From: Cirrosporium novae-zelandiae
Lineage: Eukaryota
Reading direction: 5' to 3'
Assembly: GCA_026023565.1 (NCBI GenBank)
Contig: JAPETS010000021.1
Location: 434,001-498,000 of the forward strand
Length of the DNA stretch: 64,000 nt
The notes beneath the pieces are model-generated. The model did no database searches. It saw only the letters and a list, made by a program, of their open reading frames with translations, and had not been told where the DNA came from. A program made the translations under genes and the position numbers. Numbering within the stretch: position 1 is the stretch's first letter; each line of letters opens with the position of its first letter. Shown piece after piece: positions 13,181 to 25,856 of this stretch.

Positions 13181-14590
13181 ATGTATGCACAGGATAGGAA
13201 TCCTAAGGCTGACGTTATTTGAGGATGGAGACTCTTGCCATCAGAGATGCTGTAAGGAAAGACGGACATGCTGCCATTCAACTTCTGTGCAATTATACCT
13301 GACCTTCGAGTTCTGTGATAGGGGTTGTATATGCGGCGAAACTAGGAATTCGGTTCCTAGAGGGTGAGGTTTACAGGCGATCAGGCCATTGCAGTTTTAT
13401 GTATTTTTTATTACGAGCCAGGGAGATGATTTGAAGTATCTCTTGTGAGGGCGAGTTCCACATCCTGCCGAGCCACGAGGGAACGCATTTGCCTCTACCA
13501 GCTCGGTTCTCAGTATGGCCTCTCTTTGGGTTGATGGATGTTGAGTATGCGTCTCGTTTCTCGCAAGGATAGAGCACCCTGTTAGCGTCAGTGGTGATTA
13601 TTTTTGAGATGAGAGTGGGTGCCTAAGAGGGAGATGAATTCAGCTCAAGACAGTTCTGGACAAAGGCTTTGCCCAGCAATCAAGGGGGACTTTAATATCC
13701 ATTTGACATTACCTGAACCATAGCTCATAATGCCGCTATCAACTTGCGGGGTCCACTGCAGGGCTCTATGCCAGGGGAAGACAAGTGGTGGCATGTTAAT
13801 CAAATAAATGGTCGAGTGCTGAAGATCGGAGTATCGTAAGGGAAATAAAGGCAGTGTTGTATGGCCAGGATTTAGATTCGGGAGGAACTACATGTCGAGA
13901 TTATGAAAGGGACGATGAGGATCTAGAGAAAACGGATGGATTCAAGAGTAATTATATGTTGTTGACGACAACAGCGATCTAATAACAAGGGGTGATGTCA
14001 ACAGCTCAGTGCTGTTGAAGATGTGGGCAATTTGATAGGATCGGATGCAAATTCCGACCAACAAGATGGGTGAATTAATATGAGGGAAGAATGGTAATCC
14101 TCAGCAGATGATGAAGATATAAACAGCACCAAGTAGCAAAACTAATGATGAAAAGGCCACCGCAATAACAATGAACCACAATCAGATAAAGTTTACCAAG
14201 AAGATTCCGTGATTCCAAAGAGTAAAGTTCCTTTGATTCAGCCCTAAACTACAATATTATGGTTGTTGGTGCGTGTGTTTTGATGGATGATGTAAATGAC
14301 TGTAATTAAGTATAAATTCTATATAAAAATCCTGGAAACAAAGCAATACAATTGCTATTGCCTTATTTTGGTTTTCTACTCTGTATTTCATCTGCACGTT
14401 CCGTTTAATAATAATTAATTCATGAGATGGTTGATGGATACAAGGTCAATTTTTTGGTTTGTTGAACTCTTCGGCCGGATTGCTTGGCTAAAAAAGTGAA
14501 AGGTTATGACCTCCCATCTTAACATCTATTAAAAATTAAAAAATAAAAACACCTTTTGATTTCACATTACTTCTGGGAGAAATTAAATGA

Positions 14591-15199
14591 ATGGCTTTTC
14601 CTCAAAATATGTCGTCCAAACAGCCGTCTCAAACTTCTTCATCTCCCCAAGAATTAACTCCTAAATCAACGTTTCAGAGGCTTTTTCCCGAAAAAACTCG
14701 CAAGCAACAGAATCTTTTCCTCTTTGGCTCTTTTTCTTTTCTCCTCTCTACTTTTGTCACACGCCGTGCCCTCCACCGCAAACAAGTTGCGACGCGTCTT
14801 CCTTACTACAACTCTTCTATACTTTCTCATCATAGTCCGCTTCACCAGTTCCACCCTCCGACAGCAACCCCGTCTCCTTTCCAGGCCCAATTACAGTCCC
14901 AGGCCGCAAATGCTCCCGCTGTTAGTCCTCCTATGGAAGCTTTCGAAGCGTTGACGTTGGCAACTCTCAATGTCATGTCCTTCTTCATGATGGCCACAGG
15001 TGGAATCCTATGGAAGATGGATATTGGTAGCATGGAGGATATGCGAAGGTCGGTAAGGAAAGGATTGGGTGTAGATGAACGAGGGGGGTGGGAAAGTGAC
15101 AAGGACGAAGAAATTGAAGAATGGGTAGCATCAATGCTATCCAGAAAGGAAGAAAAGGAAAAAACAAGAGCGCAGCAAGGGAAGGAAGAGAAAAAATGA
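14591..15199 (+). CDS. AIM11: Aim11-like mitochondrial membrane protein
   Basis: 202-aa ORF with a TM segment followed by TRRAL, then EAFEALTLATLNVMSFFMMATGGILWKMDIGSMEDMRR, as in the Aim11 family. Confidence 0.7.
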   Translation: MAFPQNMSSKQPSQTSSSPQELTPKSTFQRLFPEKTRKQQNLFLFGSFSFLLSTFVTRRALHRKQVATRLPYYNSSILSHHSPLHQFHPPTATPSPFQAQLQSQAANAPAVSPPMEAFEALTLATLNVMSFFMMATGGILWKMDIGSMEDMRRSVRKGLGVDERGGWESDKDEEIEEWVASMLSRKEEKEKTRAQQGKEEKK

Positions 15200-15630
15200 G
15201 TAATTTCCAAGCCACGGACATGGATCAGAGCGGAGGGAAGTTTTTGCCTAGGTATTGGGCATATATGGATTTTTTGGAGCCCTTTAAGAACTACCTTTCG
15301 AAGACAGTACTCTGAACAGAGGCACACCACCTTGGTTTTCTGTGATTCAGGGTCTTTATGGACCTAAATGCTTAATGACCTCATATTATGAATATGATGG
15401 TCCTCAGTCGATGAGCCTAATCCCTCATCACTCATAAACCCCGCTTTCAAGATGCGACATATCTAATCCAGAGACATTTGGTTTTCACCAAGGGTTTATT
15501 TGTCTATATATATCCCCAACACCTCAATTGCCCTCTCCTCTGCTCCCCCCTTCTCCCATCGTCCTCTCTATATTCGCTCCATCATATCGCTTCTAGCCAA
15601 AATTAAAATCCAGTTCCACCTACCATCACT

Positions 15631-17007
15631 ATGGGAGCCTCTCACAAATGGTCTGACCTCCCCGCACAGCTTTCATCTGTCATTCCTAAATTCAGTGATC
15701 TCTTGAACACAGACGGTCAACTCAAAGCATTCACAACGACAAATGCCATTACCCGTCCAGTAATGTTCGGCATCAAAGCCGCTGATTCTGATAACGGAAT
15801 CTTGGTAACTATCAGTAATGGAAAAGGCCAGGTAAATACGGGCTCTACAACAAAAACAGCCTTTACACTTTCTGCCCTTCCACAACAATGGGAAGAGTTC
15901 TTCAAGCCAATACCAAGTCCGCCATATCAGAGCTACTGGGGCATGTTCGGGATGAACATCAAGCAAGAAGGTATTGAGGTTCAAGGAAGTCAAGACGAAT
16001 TTGCGTGTTTCACTCATGTATGGCGTCGTACGCTTGAGCTCCTTCACAGCGCTCATTGTGGTCCAATGAAGGAATATGAGCAGCCCCAGATGAACGAGGA
16101 TCATCTCGTCGGACGTTATGTCTACATCACCGCCCCAATCTGGGGCTGCTGCAAAGTATTCTACGAGCATAGTGGGGACGGCGACCAGGAAATCGTATTT
16201 TTACACACCGCAGGCGCAGATGGACGACAGTTTCATGGCGTTATGAACAACGCTCGCATGCTCAAGAAATGTAGCATGTACTGCTTCGATCTTCCAGGCC
16301 ATGGCCGCAGCTTCCCATCCCAAAGTTACTTTCCTGGAGCTCATACGAATACGGAGGAAAGTTATATCGGATGCATCGCCGCCTTTGTCAAAACTCTTGG
16401 ACTGAATAAGCCCATCATTTGTGGAGCATCTATGGCAGGTCAAGTTTGCTTGGCTGTCGCTATCCGCCACGAGGAGGTTGGGGCCGGCGGCTCAATCCCC
16501 TTACAAGGGTAATGCCCCACAATCATTCCTACCCACCTACTGCACAAAAAAAACACTAACACTCACCGTAGTAGCGACTACCTAAACATGGACCGCCAAT
16601 GGCATGATCGCTCTCCTTACGTAAACCAATCCCTCTTCAACCCGGAATGGGTCTACGGAATGATGTCCCCCACAGCTCCGCTCTCCAACAAACAGCTGAT
16701 ATGGCACCTCTACTCCTCCCAAGCTTATGGAATTTTTCACGGCGATCTCGATTTCTATTTTGGTGGCTGGGACGGCCGCGAGCGTGTCGCTAGTATTGAC
16801 ACGGAGAAATGTCCGGTGTATATGTTGACCGGTGAGTATGATTGGAGTAATACGCCAGAGATGAGCAAAAAGACGGCGGACAAAATCAAGGGGGCAAAAC
16901 ATAAATCGATGGAGGGGTTGGGTCATTTTCCCGCAACGGAGAATCCGGAGAAGTTTGTGGGGTATCTAGTTGAGGCGATTGATCATATCCGGCAGGCGAG
17001 ACGTTGA
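15631..17007 (+). CDS. Alpha/beta-fold hydrolase with ~150-aa extra N-terminal domain
   Basis: Two exons (intron 16509-16571). Motifs VFLHTAGADGRQF and FDLPGHGRS, nucleophile elbow GASMAG, TGEYD (Asp) and GHFP (His). Confidence 0.88.
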
Positions 17008-17158
17008 AAATAGGTTAAAGGTGAGGGTATCGTGTTCTGGTGGTGGTGATGGTGGTGGTGGTGGATATGTTTTGTTTATGAACTAAAAGTTTTTGAATAT
17101 CATTTCAAGGTATTTTTGTTATGTACGAAATTCTCATATCCATTCCAACTTCCTTATA

Positions 17159-17188
17159 TACATACATACATACATACATACATACATA
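17159..17188. repeat. (TACA)n microsatellite
   Basis: About 7.5 perfect TACA units just downstream of the hydrolase gene. Confidence 0.9.
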
Positions 17189-17679
17189 AGCCATTAAGCC
17201 CACCCACCCATCTTTCGACTTCAATCCTAGTTACTAACTACCTACTTACCTTATATAATATAATATAATATACCCAGCTTTCGAAAGAGAAAAAAAACAC
17301 ATCTAATAAATGGCCTTGGCTTGACTTACTCTTCGAGAACCTAGCATAATACGGTCGCTCCTTTTGCTAAATGTGGTCCCCACTGGCGAGGATGGTTGGT
17401 CCCTCCAGGGCTTCCCTTCCATTCATCTAGTAGATAGATGTGATGGATGTGAACCTGTGAACGAAGGGTCATGGAGTAGAGAACGACGCGGGTGCCCCCA
17501 GATGGGATGGCGCTGGTGACGCACTCCACTCACTCACTACCAAGAGTGAAGATGTCTTCGGTGAATTTGAATTGAATTGAATTGGGGCTACGGGCTACGG
17601 GTTACGATACCGGAGAGAAAACTAACTCTATGGAAATTTTAATTTGGGGGGGAGTATATAGTCTGGGGAAAGCATGTGC

Positions 17680-17703
17680 TAGGTAGGTAGGTAGGTAGGT
17701 AGG
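17680..17703. repeat. (TAGG)6 microsatellite
   Basis: Six perfect TAGG units. Confidence 0.9.
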
Positions 17704-20700
17704 TTATCTTGTGGGCTGGCTGCATCTATAGTAACGCGATAATTCTCCGCGGGGTTTCTAGGAATAGGGAGGGGCTGGATAGATAAATAGATAGATAGGA
17801 TCCTGAATAACGCTCATGAGTCCGCTGTTCATCCTCGCGAACAAATAGGCAGTTCAGCTTAGGTTGGTAATTGTTAGGGTTCCTTGGTTCGAAGGTCCCA
17901 TATATGTCTGGCCGGAGGGGACTCCAAATTCTTCCTCAGCCTTCCTTCCTCCTAGGCCTTGCTTTTCTTTTCTTTCCCCTTCTTACCCCTTTTGTGAAGG
18001 CTGGTTCTAGTGGTCCCGTGTGTATCGGTTCTATGAAACAACTCAAGTAGATCGAAGGGCGCATTTTGAGAGAGGTATTGCCTGATCTCTGTTTATGCAG
18101 TTTTTTTTTTAAAAGAGATAGGAATCGAAGCTGGAGTCTTGCATACTCTTAGCCCATATTTTGGAGAGGATTTTGTTGAGCATCTGGAACTTCATTATTG
18201 TCGAATAGAAATAATATTTCGGGTATGAAGCTATTTTCAGGTTCTCACCTCCACGTATAGTGGTATATTACCCTCTGATCTTTATCAATTCAAATGATTT
18301 TCCTCGCAGTTTTAGAAGGATAACTTCTAGACAATGCCCGAATTTTATCAAACCCCCATTAGATTGGAATAGTTCCTTTATTCGCTAGTAATTACTTGGG
18401 GAGGTAAATACTTGGATGGGAATTCCTCCTGTATAAAGGTGCGCCGATTCATAGTATCGACCCCCCCCCCCAGCGTTATCTGTGAACTTATCATAGTGAA
18501 ACACCAACCCCACGAGGGGACGGGGAAACCTTCCTAAAGGTCTATCTTGAATAGGCGGGAGGAGCAAGTTTTCCAGGATGCACGAAAGGATATGGCTTTT
18601 CCCACTCTCTTGGGAGCTACAAGTGGAGGCTGACTAGGGCGAATTAACATTCAAAAAAACCCCCGGAGGCATCTTAATGCTATGTTGAGTTAGGGGCGGT
18701 TGACTGGTAAGAAAGAATATGAGCTAAGAGATCATATTCCTCATATAGGAAATTTTGACTCAGTAATGCCTTGGAGACTATTATCTTCTGAAGCTCTCTG
18801 CACGACCTAGAGAAGATTGATGCTGCTTTTCATCTCCTGGGATAAATATGTCTCGTCGTCTCCCTTTTCCGACGCAGAACCGCTGAGTAGCTATGACTGG
18901 AAGGCAAATCTAGGCCGATCTGCATTTGATAACCTCCGAGGATACGATTTAGATAGATCAAGATTTCTAGGGACCAAGACACGGCTTCAGCAATTTGTCA
19001 AAATCATCCAATCCAGAGTTTGCTGGTATACATTGTGACTTGTTAGCTTTTTTTCTTTGTGATAAATCAAAAGCTGGACCTTGATACCCGTTGAGAAAAA
19101 AAAAAAACTCAATGCTAGCATTAGCTAATGGTAAAGAATAGTTCCAACTTCGTTGAAGTTCTATTCATAGGGGCCTGTCAAAGTATGTTTATTCTGTCAG
19201 ATTGCGACCACCCGGTGGATGTTATGAGTAAAGATATAAGATAGGGTTTACGGTTATAATAACGCTAAGCGCCTTACTGCAGGTCTTTAGCGCCCGTATA
19301 CATATTTAGACCCCGCCACGCCCGTCTTTGGAGGTTCTCTTGTTACCCAGTACTTGGAAGACTGATCATTGATCGTCTACACCGTGCCGAATACTTTGGT
19401 ATATCAACCGAGAACCAAAAGAAATGAATTAGGAAATGCTGCTCCATTGTTGAAGTATACTTTGGATATAGAAAGTTCAAGACCAGAGTAACAGTTTCTG
19501 AGTTGAAATTATGCAATGTCTGTTCAAGGTTTCTGGCAAAGTTTCTGGCAAAGTTTCAAGCCCCAAGTTATCACTGCCAAGCTCTCACAAGCACCTTTTA
19601 AGGAGAAAAGTAATAGGGAAATTTTTGTTTGTTCAGATCTTCAAATATAACTTAACTCGGACAAAAAAACCTCCTGAAAATCCTGAAGTTCCACTAAAGT
19701 TTCAGGGTTGAGTTTGGTGGAACTGTGGGACTGTGGGACTGTGGGACGGGTGGAGGGTGGGCCATGACTTCACAGATGACAGGCATGACGGGCAGCTTTC
19801 TTCCACGGATGCAACTTCATACTGATGTATCATGGCCACGGACGAAATAAGATTAATTACCTGTAAACAAGAAAGATGATGAAAGATGGATGACCTTGAA
19901 ATGACTGGTGAATCGAATGATTGGCGATGGCTGTAATTACTTTCTAAAGATGTGCTTCATCATGCGAATCTGCGACAATGACAGGCTTCGGTGGCATCCA
20001 TGAGAGCCTACAATAGCCTATGATGACCTCTGGCAACCCCGGTAACAAACGCCCACGAAGCCCAATTGAGGTTAACTTCTTAACAAACTTCAGGTACTTG
20101 ACCTGTGCTTTACATAAGTCAAGTATGAATTTGAATCGTCTTGAAGATCGATCCTGGGGGTGGGTTAATGTATCTCACACTTCTCTGCTATCGATTTTTT
20201 GAAGGCTATTATTCTAAATAATGGATTCAACCTCAACTTTTCCAATCACTCATTAACCATTGAACATTTTCTTTTTATATTATCCATCGAGAGCTGTGCT
20301 CTTTTGAAGTTTTTCCGTCCAAAGCCAAGCTGGATCGGTGTGGCTGGTTTTGAAGTCACCAACCAATTGGGCGCTTCTTTCTTCTTAATTTTAGGGGACG
20401 ACTCCTAAGTAAATGGACGGCAGGTACCTCCTTCCTCTCCGATAAACGAGCGATTCATCATTCAGAGACTTGGATTTGCATTTTTGGACTTGGAACTTGG
20501 TGAATGGTAATTACTCTTAGTACTTAGTCTCTGTGGGCAGCCAGCTACTATCATCAGAGGTACCCCCCCATAATCGCCTTTTTTTTACACCAGTAATTAT
20601 TAAACACTGCCTTCTTCCTGCCAACTTTCTTCCCATTGCACAGTCACAATCAAGCCTATTCTAATCATTTACTGATGGTTCCAATGATAATAATATAGAA

Positions 20701-20960
20701 CTCCCGAGGCATCTGTCCATTTTCCTCAATGCGACCTGGTCTTATCCACCAGGCTCGCATCCCTCCGTCGTTAGCCCTACCATCTACTTTCCTTAATTAA
20801 TTCCCCCAAACCAGCTTCGCTTTATCGTCGCATTTCCTCTCCCCGAGCTCAGCTGTTGCGCTCACAACATATCATCTCTACCTCTTCCGCGACCTAGTCG
20901 CAGTCTCCATGATCTACTTCCAGGTTGCTTAGAATTGTTCCGGAAGGAGATAAGCGCATA

Positions 20961-23503
20961 ATGCTGAGGCCTGCAACCCCTCTTTCGATACTACTCTTCG
21001 CAGCTTTTATTCTTCTCCTACTGTCGGTGCTATCTACTCCCATCATCAAAGGAATTCCATTGGCGAGCTACGAAGGAACAGATTATGGTGTTTTTGGTTA
21101 CTGTACAGGGTCATCATGCAGTGGGCTTAAAGTGGGATACTCTCCTAGTATGTTCGACCAGTTTCATTGTTATATTCAATTGGATTGTTATTGGTCTTTG
21201 GCCATGTTTGGATGAGAATACACGCTTGCCACGGTAGTTGCGTTGAGAAGTGTCGGATACAGAATCTAAACTCACTGTTTCTTTACAGGCCAGGACAAGG
21301 AAGATGACGCGGATTACGATCTATCAAGTAGCGCTCGACATACATTATCGTCCATTCTCATTGTTCACCCTGTCGCCGCATTACTCACCCTAATATGTCT
21401 CGTCCTTGCGTTAGCAGCGCACCTTCACGCGCCATCTCATTCTCCTCGTTACCTACTTGCATTGCTCATCCTACTAATACCGACTGTTCTCGTGTCTCTC
21501 TTGGCGTTCTTGGTTGATATTCTACTCTTCGTCCCGCATCTACAATGGGGAGGATGGATTGTATTGGCAGCTACAATAATACTCACCGCGAGTGGAGTGG
21601 TAGCCTGTGCTATGCAGCGCACTCTAGTTTCGAGGAAGGCTCGCAAGAAGCGAATCGCTGAAAACGCAGAAATGAACGGAGAAAATTTTTATAGTCGGCA
21701 GAATACTGGGCCAGTTGCAGTTAATACGCAACCTGTTAATCCGGCGAATCCTCCTATGATCAATGGTGGTCCAGGAGCAGACAAACTGCCAGCTTTTGCT
21801 ACTTTTGAAACCTCGCAAACACGCCGGGTAAGTGATGAAGAGGCTACTCCATTAAACAACAGGTCTCCATCTACTCGCACAGCCACAATCACATCTTCAC
21901 CGCCGGGGTTGATGGATGATCAATCGGAGAGATATGGAGATCCGGCAATTAGGCGAGGACCGAGTGCCGGACGAAATCCCCCTTACAATGGGCCACGAGA
22001 TGAGTTTGGAAACCCATTACCACCTTCTGCCGCCTTCGGACCCCCACCAGTACACCGGCAACCCTCCGATCCGAGATTCCAACCACCACCATTTCCAGGA
22101 AATGGAAGAGGTGGCCCACCTCCTGGATTCCGAGGCCGCGGGAGGGGTGGATATCCGCCAAGAGGGGGATATGGCATTGGAAGGGGAGGTCCATACGGAG
22201 GCGCTCCGCGTGGTCCACCACCCTTCAACGGAGGTCGAGGAATGCCAAATGGAGTGGCAATGGCTGCCGGCGCAGGTGCTAGTATGATGGCGGGGGATAT
22301 GATGAACCGTGGACCACCACGAGGTCCCCCTGGATATGACAATGACTATCCACCACAGGGACGAGACGGTCCAGGCTTTTATCCTCCTCCGGGCCCAAAT
22401 ATGCCTCCTGGTGTCTACGCCCGACGGTCACCAGCCCCCCAGGGACCTGGTTCAGATTCGCAAGGTTATGGTTATAGTAGAAGTCCACCTAATGTACCTC
22501 CTACGGAACGTAGCGTGTCAGTCCCTCTAGCACCTCCAATGGACGGGAGTGGTTCAGCGCAAGATTCCCCAGCGGATCCGCAAGAGCATGACCGTTCACC
22601 CCACGATGCAGAGGTTGGTCAAGCAGTAGAAATGGATGCCTCAACAGGGACTCATTTCTCGATGTTATCGGAGGAAAACCAGCCGAATAATTTAAGAGAG
22701 AGTGATGCAGACATTCAAGGGATGATTGGTATGCAGCAGCAACGACAAGGGTCTCCGCGACAGGGTGGAGTCGTGAGTCCTACAAGCATGTATAGCCAAC
22801 AAACGTGAGTTGCCACTATTGCATTGATCCAGTTTAGAACTGATTAGGTGCCTCTAGGAATAGCCAATATCTTGCTCCCCGCGCCGACTGGGCCGCTGCT
22901 CGAAACCCTTCTTCTCCCACTGCCGCTAATGCTAACCACAAACTGTCTCCTATCCTATCCTCGCCTGTCGAGTTACCGGGATCCGACCCAACCTCGCCAC
23001 CCCAGAGCCCACATGATGCACGTAGTCCACCCAGTCGAGGTTCAGGTGAAGACTACTACGAGGATGTTGACCCACGTTTTGTCGAGCCGACAACAACTCA
23101 AGTGCAACATCCATCTGCACTTCCAGCAGCTCTAATGCCTGGTAGAACACCTATCGATAGTCTGCGATCGTCGGATGGGTTTCGAGCGAGTTCATCATAT
23201 GAAGATATAACAGTTAATGATGGACCTCGTTCGCCTGCAGGGTCTGAAATTAGTCATTTCACTTCCATTAGCCAGAGAGAAGTAAATCCAAGATGGAGGC
23301 CAGGACCACCATCTAATGGAATGAACCCGGGCCCTCCTCCTGGAATGCTGCCACCAAGACGTGCTGTTCCTCAAACTGATATATTAGGAAACAATCCCGA
23401 TTTTGAAATTCCCGGAATGAGAGGTAGAGGCATGAGAGGTGGCAGAGGAGTAGGTCCGTCGTTGGCCGCGCCAGGTGGACGATATCCCGTTAGGGATATA
23501 TAG
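20961..23503 (+). CDS. palI: pH-response regulator PalI/Rim9 (SUR7/PalI family)
   Basis: N-terminus MLRPATPLSILLFAAFILLLLSVLSTPIIKGIPLA..YGVFGYC, then LSSILIVHPVAA, LLAFLVDILLFVPHLQWGGWIVLAAT and RTLVSRKARKKRIAENAEM, followed by a long Pro/Gly tail. Introns 21148-21288 and 22805-22863. Confidence 0.92.
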
Positions 23504-24242
23504 AAAGATGTGGTGTTAGTATCCATCTTAAACGTTATCCCACGTTAATTTGGATGTATTTTCATGAAGGTCTTGTTGATCTGGAGTCAACGATATTATG
23601 AGTTGTTGCGACGTCATCCCTCCCACTATCCAGGCCATGGGTCATTTTCTTTCTCTTTTGACATCTGTTGGTATGGAGTTTTATAGGGAATACGGTGGAA
23701 ATCATGGGGTTGTTATAAGGAAAGGGATATTCATGACACCGATACCAATCACTGTGAATTATTTTCTTTTCGTTTTTTTTGTCATGTCTTTTGAGCGGGT
23801 ATCTTGAAAAGCAAGGACACCAAGACTCCAGTTGTAGTTAGACTACCCTTTTTCGGCTAGTGCGACTTTAAATCCTCCAGATGGGAGTGAGGAAGAGAGA
23901 AGAGAGGAGACAAGATCGATGGATGCTGTATTTGATTGGTTACAGACTTATACCTCGCGGTCCGTGATTGAGTGAGCGAAACGGGGATAAGAGGGGATAA
24001 GGGGGATAGTAGATAGACCGGTGTGTCAATATGCACGTCTTTCTTGTGTATCATTGATTGATATTAAGCGTTGCTTGTTGTACATAATGAGGTTCTTTGA
24101 ATGCCAAATAGGTATTTATGTGCTACCGAGGTTTTGTTATCTAATTCTTACACATGCTAGAGTTGAGACGGGCTTGGGTTCAGTTTTTGAGGGAGACCTC
24201 TCCTGGACTTGGGGCCCCTTAGACGGTAGCTAATACGTTGGA

Positions 24243-24505
24243 GATATCAAGCCGAATAATATCTTGGTCGAGAGGGACTATTTACGGAACGGTTATTGAG
24301 TAGATCCAGCTCACCAATATTGAAAACGCTGCATAGATACGACATCGTCGGTAACTGGATGTGGGTTGGTCGAAAACGAAAAAACTATTTTCTGTCATCC
24401 TCGAGCGCTAGATTTCATATTTTTTGCGGACGAGGACGGACTGAATATGGGTCCTTGAAGTATTTTCGCGATAATCTTTGGTGTGAAATTTTTTCAAGTC
24501 ATAAT
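24243..24505 (+). pseudogene. Ser/Thr protein kinase pseudogene fragment
   Basis: Colinear blocks DIKPNNILVE (24243-24272), TVIE*IQLTNIENAA*I, IVGNWMW, SVILER*ISYF/ADEDGLN and LWCEIF/QVI, with in-frame TAGs and frameshifts. Preceded by a branch-point-like GCTAAT and an AG. Confidence 0.72.
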
Positions 24506-24641
24506 TAACTCCTAATAAGTCAGCAGTACTAGAAGGCCTCACATACCTCCACAAACCCCAGCCGCCATTATCTTATCAATTTTCAAATTCATATAGCCAT
24601 CAACGCCCATCAAGGCTCAGCAAAGTTTTCAACAGGCCATC

Positions 24642-25183
24642 TTATCCAGCCCTCGTACCCGCCTGTCCATCCCTATTAGCTCTCCAAACCCCCTCACCAT
24701 CCCCAAACTCTTCCAGCTTCCAAATCTCTGCCTTTTCTTTGCATTCTTCCAACGCCTCCTCCCCCGCTCTCCAGGCCTCTTGCCGATGTGGCGCCGACAC
24801 CGCAATAAGAATACTTTCTTCTCCAATGGGTACCGTTCCTAGACGATGAATCATAGCGATGGCAACAAGTTTATGCTTAGAGCGTATGGATTTCGCTATT
24901 AAGAGGAGGGTACGAAGGGCTTTGGGGGCATATGATGTGTACTGGAGGTCTTTGACAGGTTTTGAGTTGAAGTTATCGCGAGTTGTCCCTTGGTCAAATC
25001 AGAGCGTAAAGGAGGTAGATAAGAGGAGAGTGGAGGAGTACCTGCGAAAAGGACGACAGCACCAGCTTTGGGGCTTTTTACTTGATTTGTGGTAGCAACG
25101 ATATCCAGATAGTCATAGGTAAGCTCCACATGAACACCCTCATCCGAGAGAGACTGAGGAAATGTATCTCGTGCTGTTGTCAT
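24642..25183 (-). CDS. cnxH: Molybdopterin synthase catalytic subunit (MOCS2B/MoaE)
   Basis: Two exons (intron 25041..24989): KSPKAGAVVLFAG|TTRDNF..LQYTSYAPKAL..IAMIHRLGTVPIGEESILIAVSAPHRQEAWRAGEEALEECKEKAEIWKLE. Confidence 0.94.
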
Positions 25184-25856
25184 GATGAATAGTGGGGGTT
25201 AGATTGGTAACCCCGCAATGTGCTTCCTCGACTCCCTTTAAAATCCAATTTAGGATACCTGCAATTAACAAAGCTAGCTGTAATTCATGGAATACGTTTC
25301 ATTTTTTTCTATAGCTTGAAAAAGGCACAAAGTAAGGGATGACGGGAAAGAAGAGAATATAAAATTCATTATATCCTAGACCTACTCTCGATCGGACATT
25401 TGCTGATCCGTGTGGCTTTCATTGTGGCATTGTTAGCTTCCTAGGTAACTAATTGGCTACAAAGAGCGGGACAGATTTAGAGATTGTGGCAGACAAAGAT
25501 AATCATCACCCTTAAGCCCATCTGTCCCCTTTCGAAACAAACCAGTCAACGCTTTTACACGACGCCTTCCCATAAATTTCGTCGTCTTAGATTAATCCTT
25601 TCGAACTTTCTTCTACTTTGTATCCGTGCTAACATAAATCAATTTAATAATCCTACGCTCTTCCAATACAGATTTCTTTCAATCGACAAGTCCTGTTCAC
25701 GCTACATCGAGACTCCCTTGAATCGCCGCTAAGGATTCTCAACAAATACATACTCAGATCCTCCTATCCATTTCCCGCGCATCTACTCAGTATAAAAATT
25801 TAACGAAGGCGCTACTAGGCGCGCTTTCAAGTCCTTTCCTAAGCCATATTGTCACC

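Noticed and set aside
13371..14200. Possible - strand gene relic (hydrophobic FIVIAVAFSSLVLLLGAVYIFIIC, splice-like GCTAACAG)
   Set aside because: No start, continuity or recognisable family could be assembled.
17873..17881. GTTAGGGTT (AACCCTAAC on the - strand) as a telomerase RNA template
   Set aside because: A 9-nt match is expected by chance, a ~2-kb transcript from here would run antisense through the hydrolase gene, and no pseudoknot or CR4/5 was recognised.
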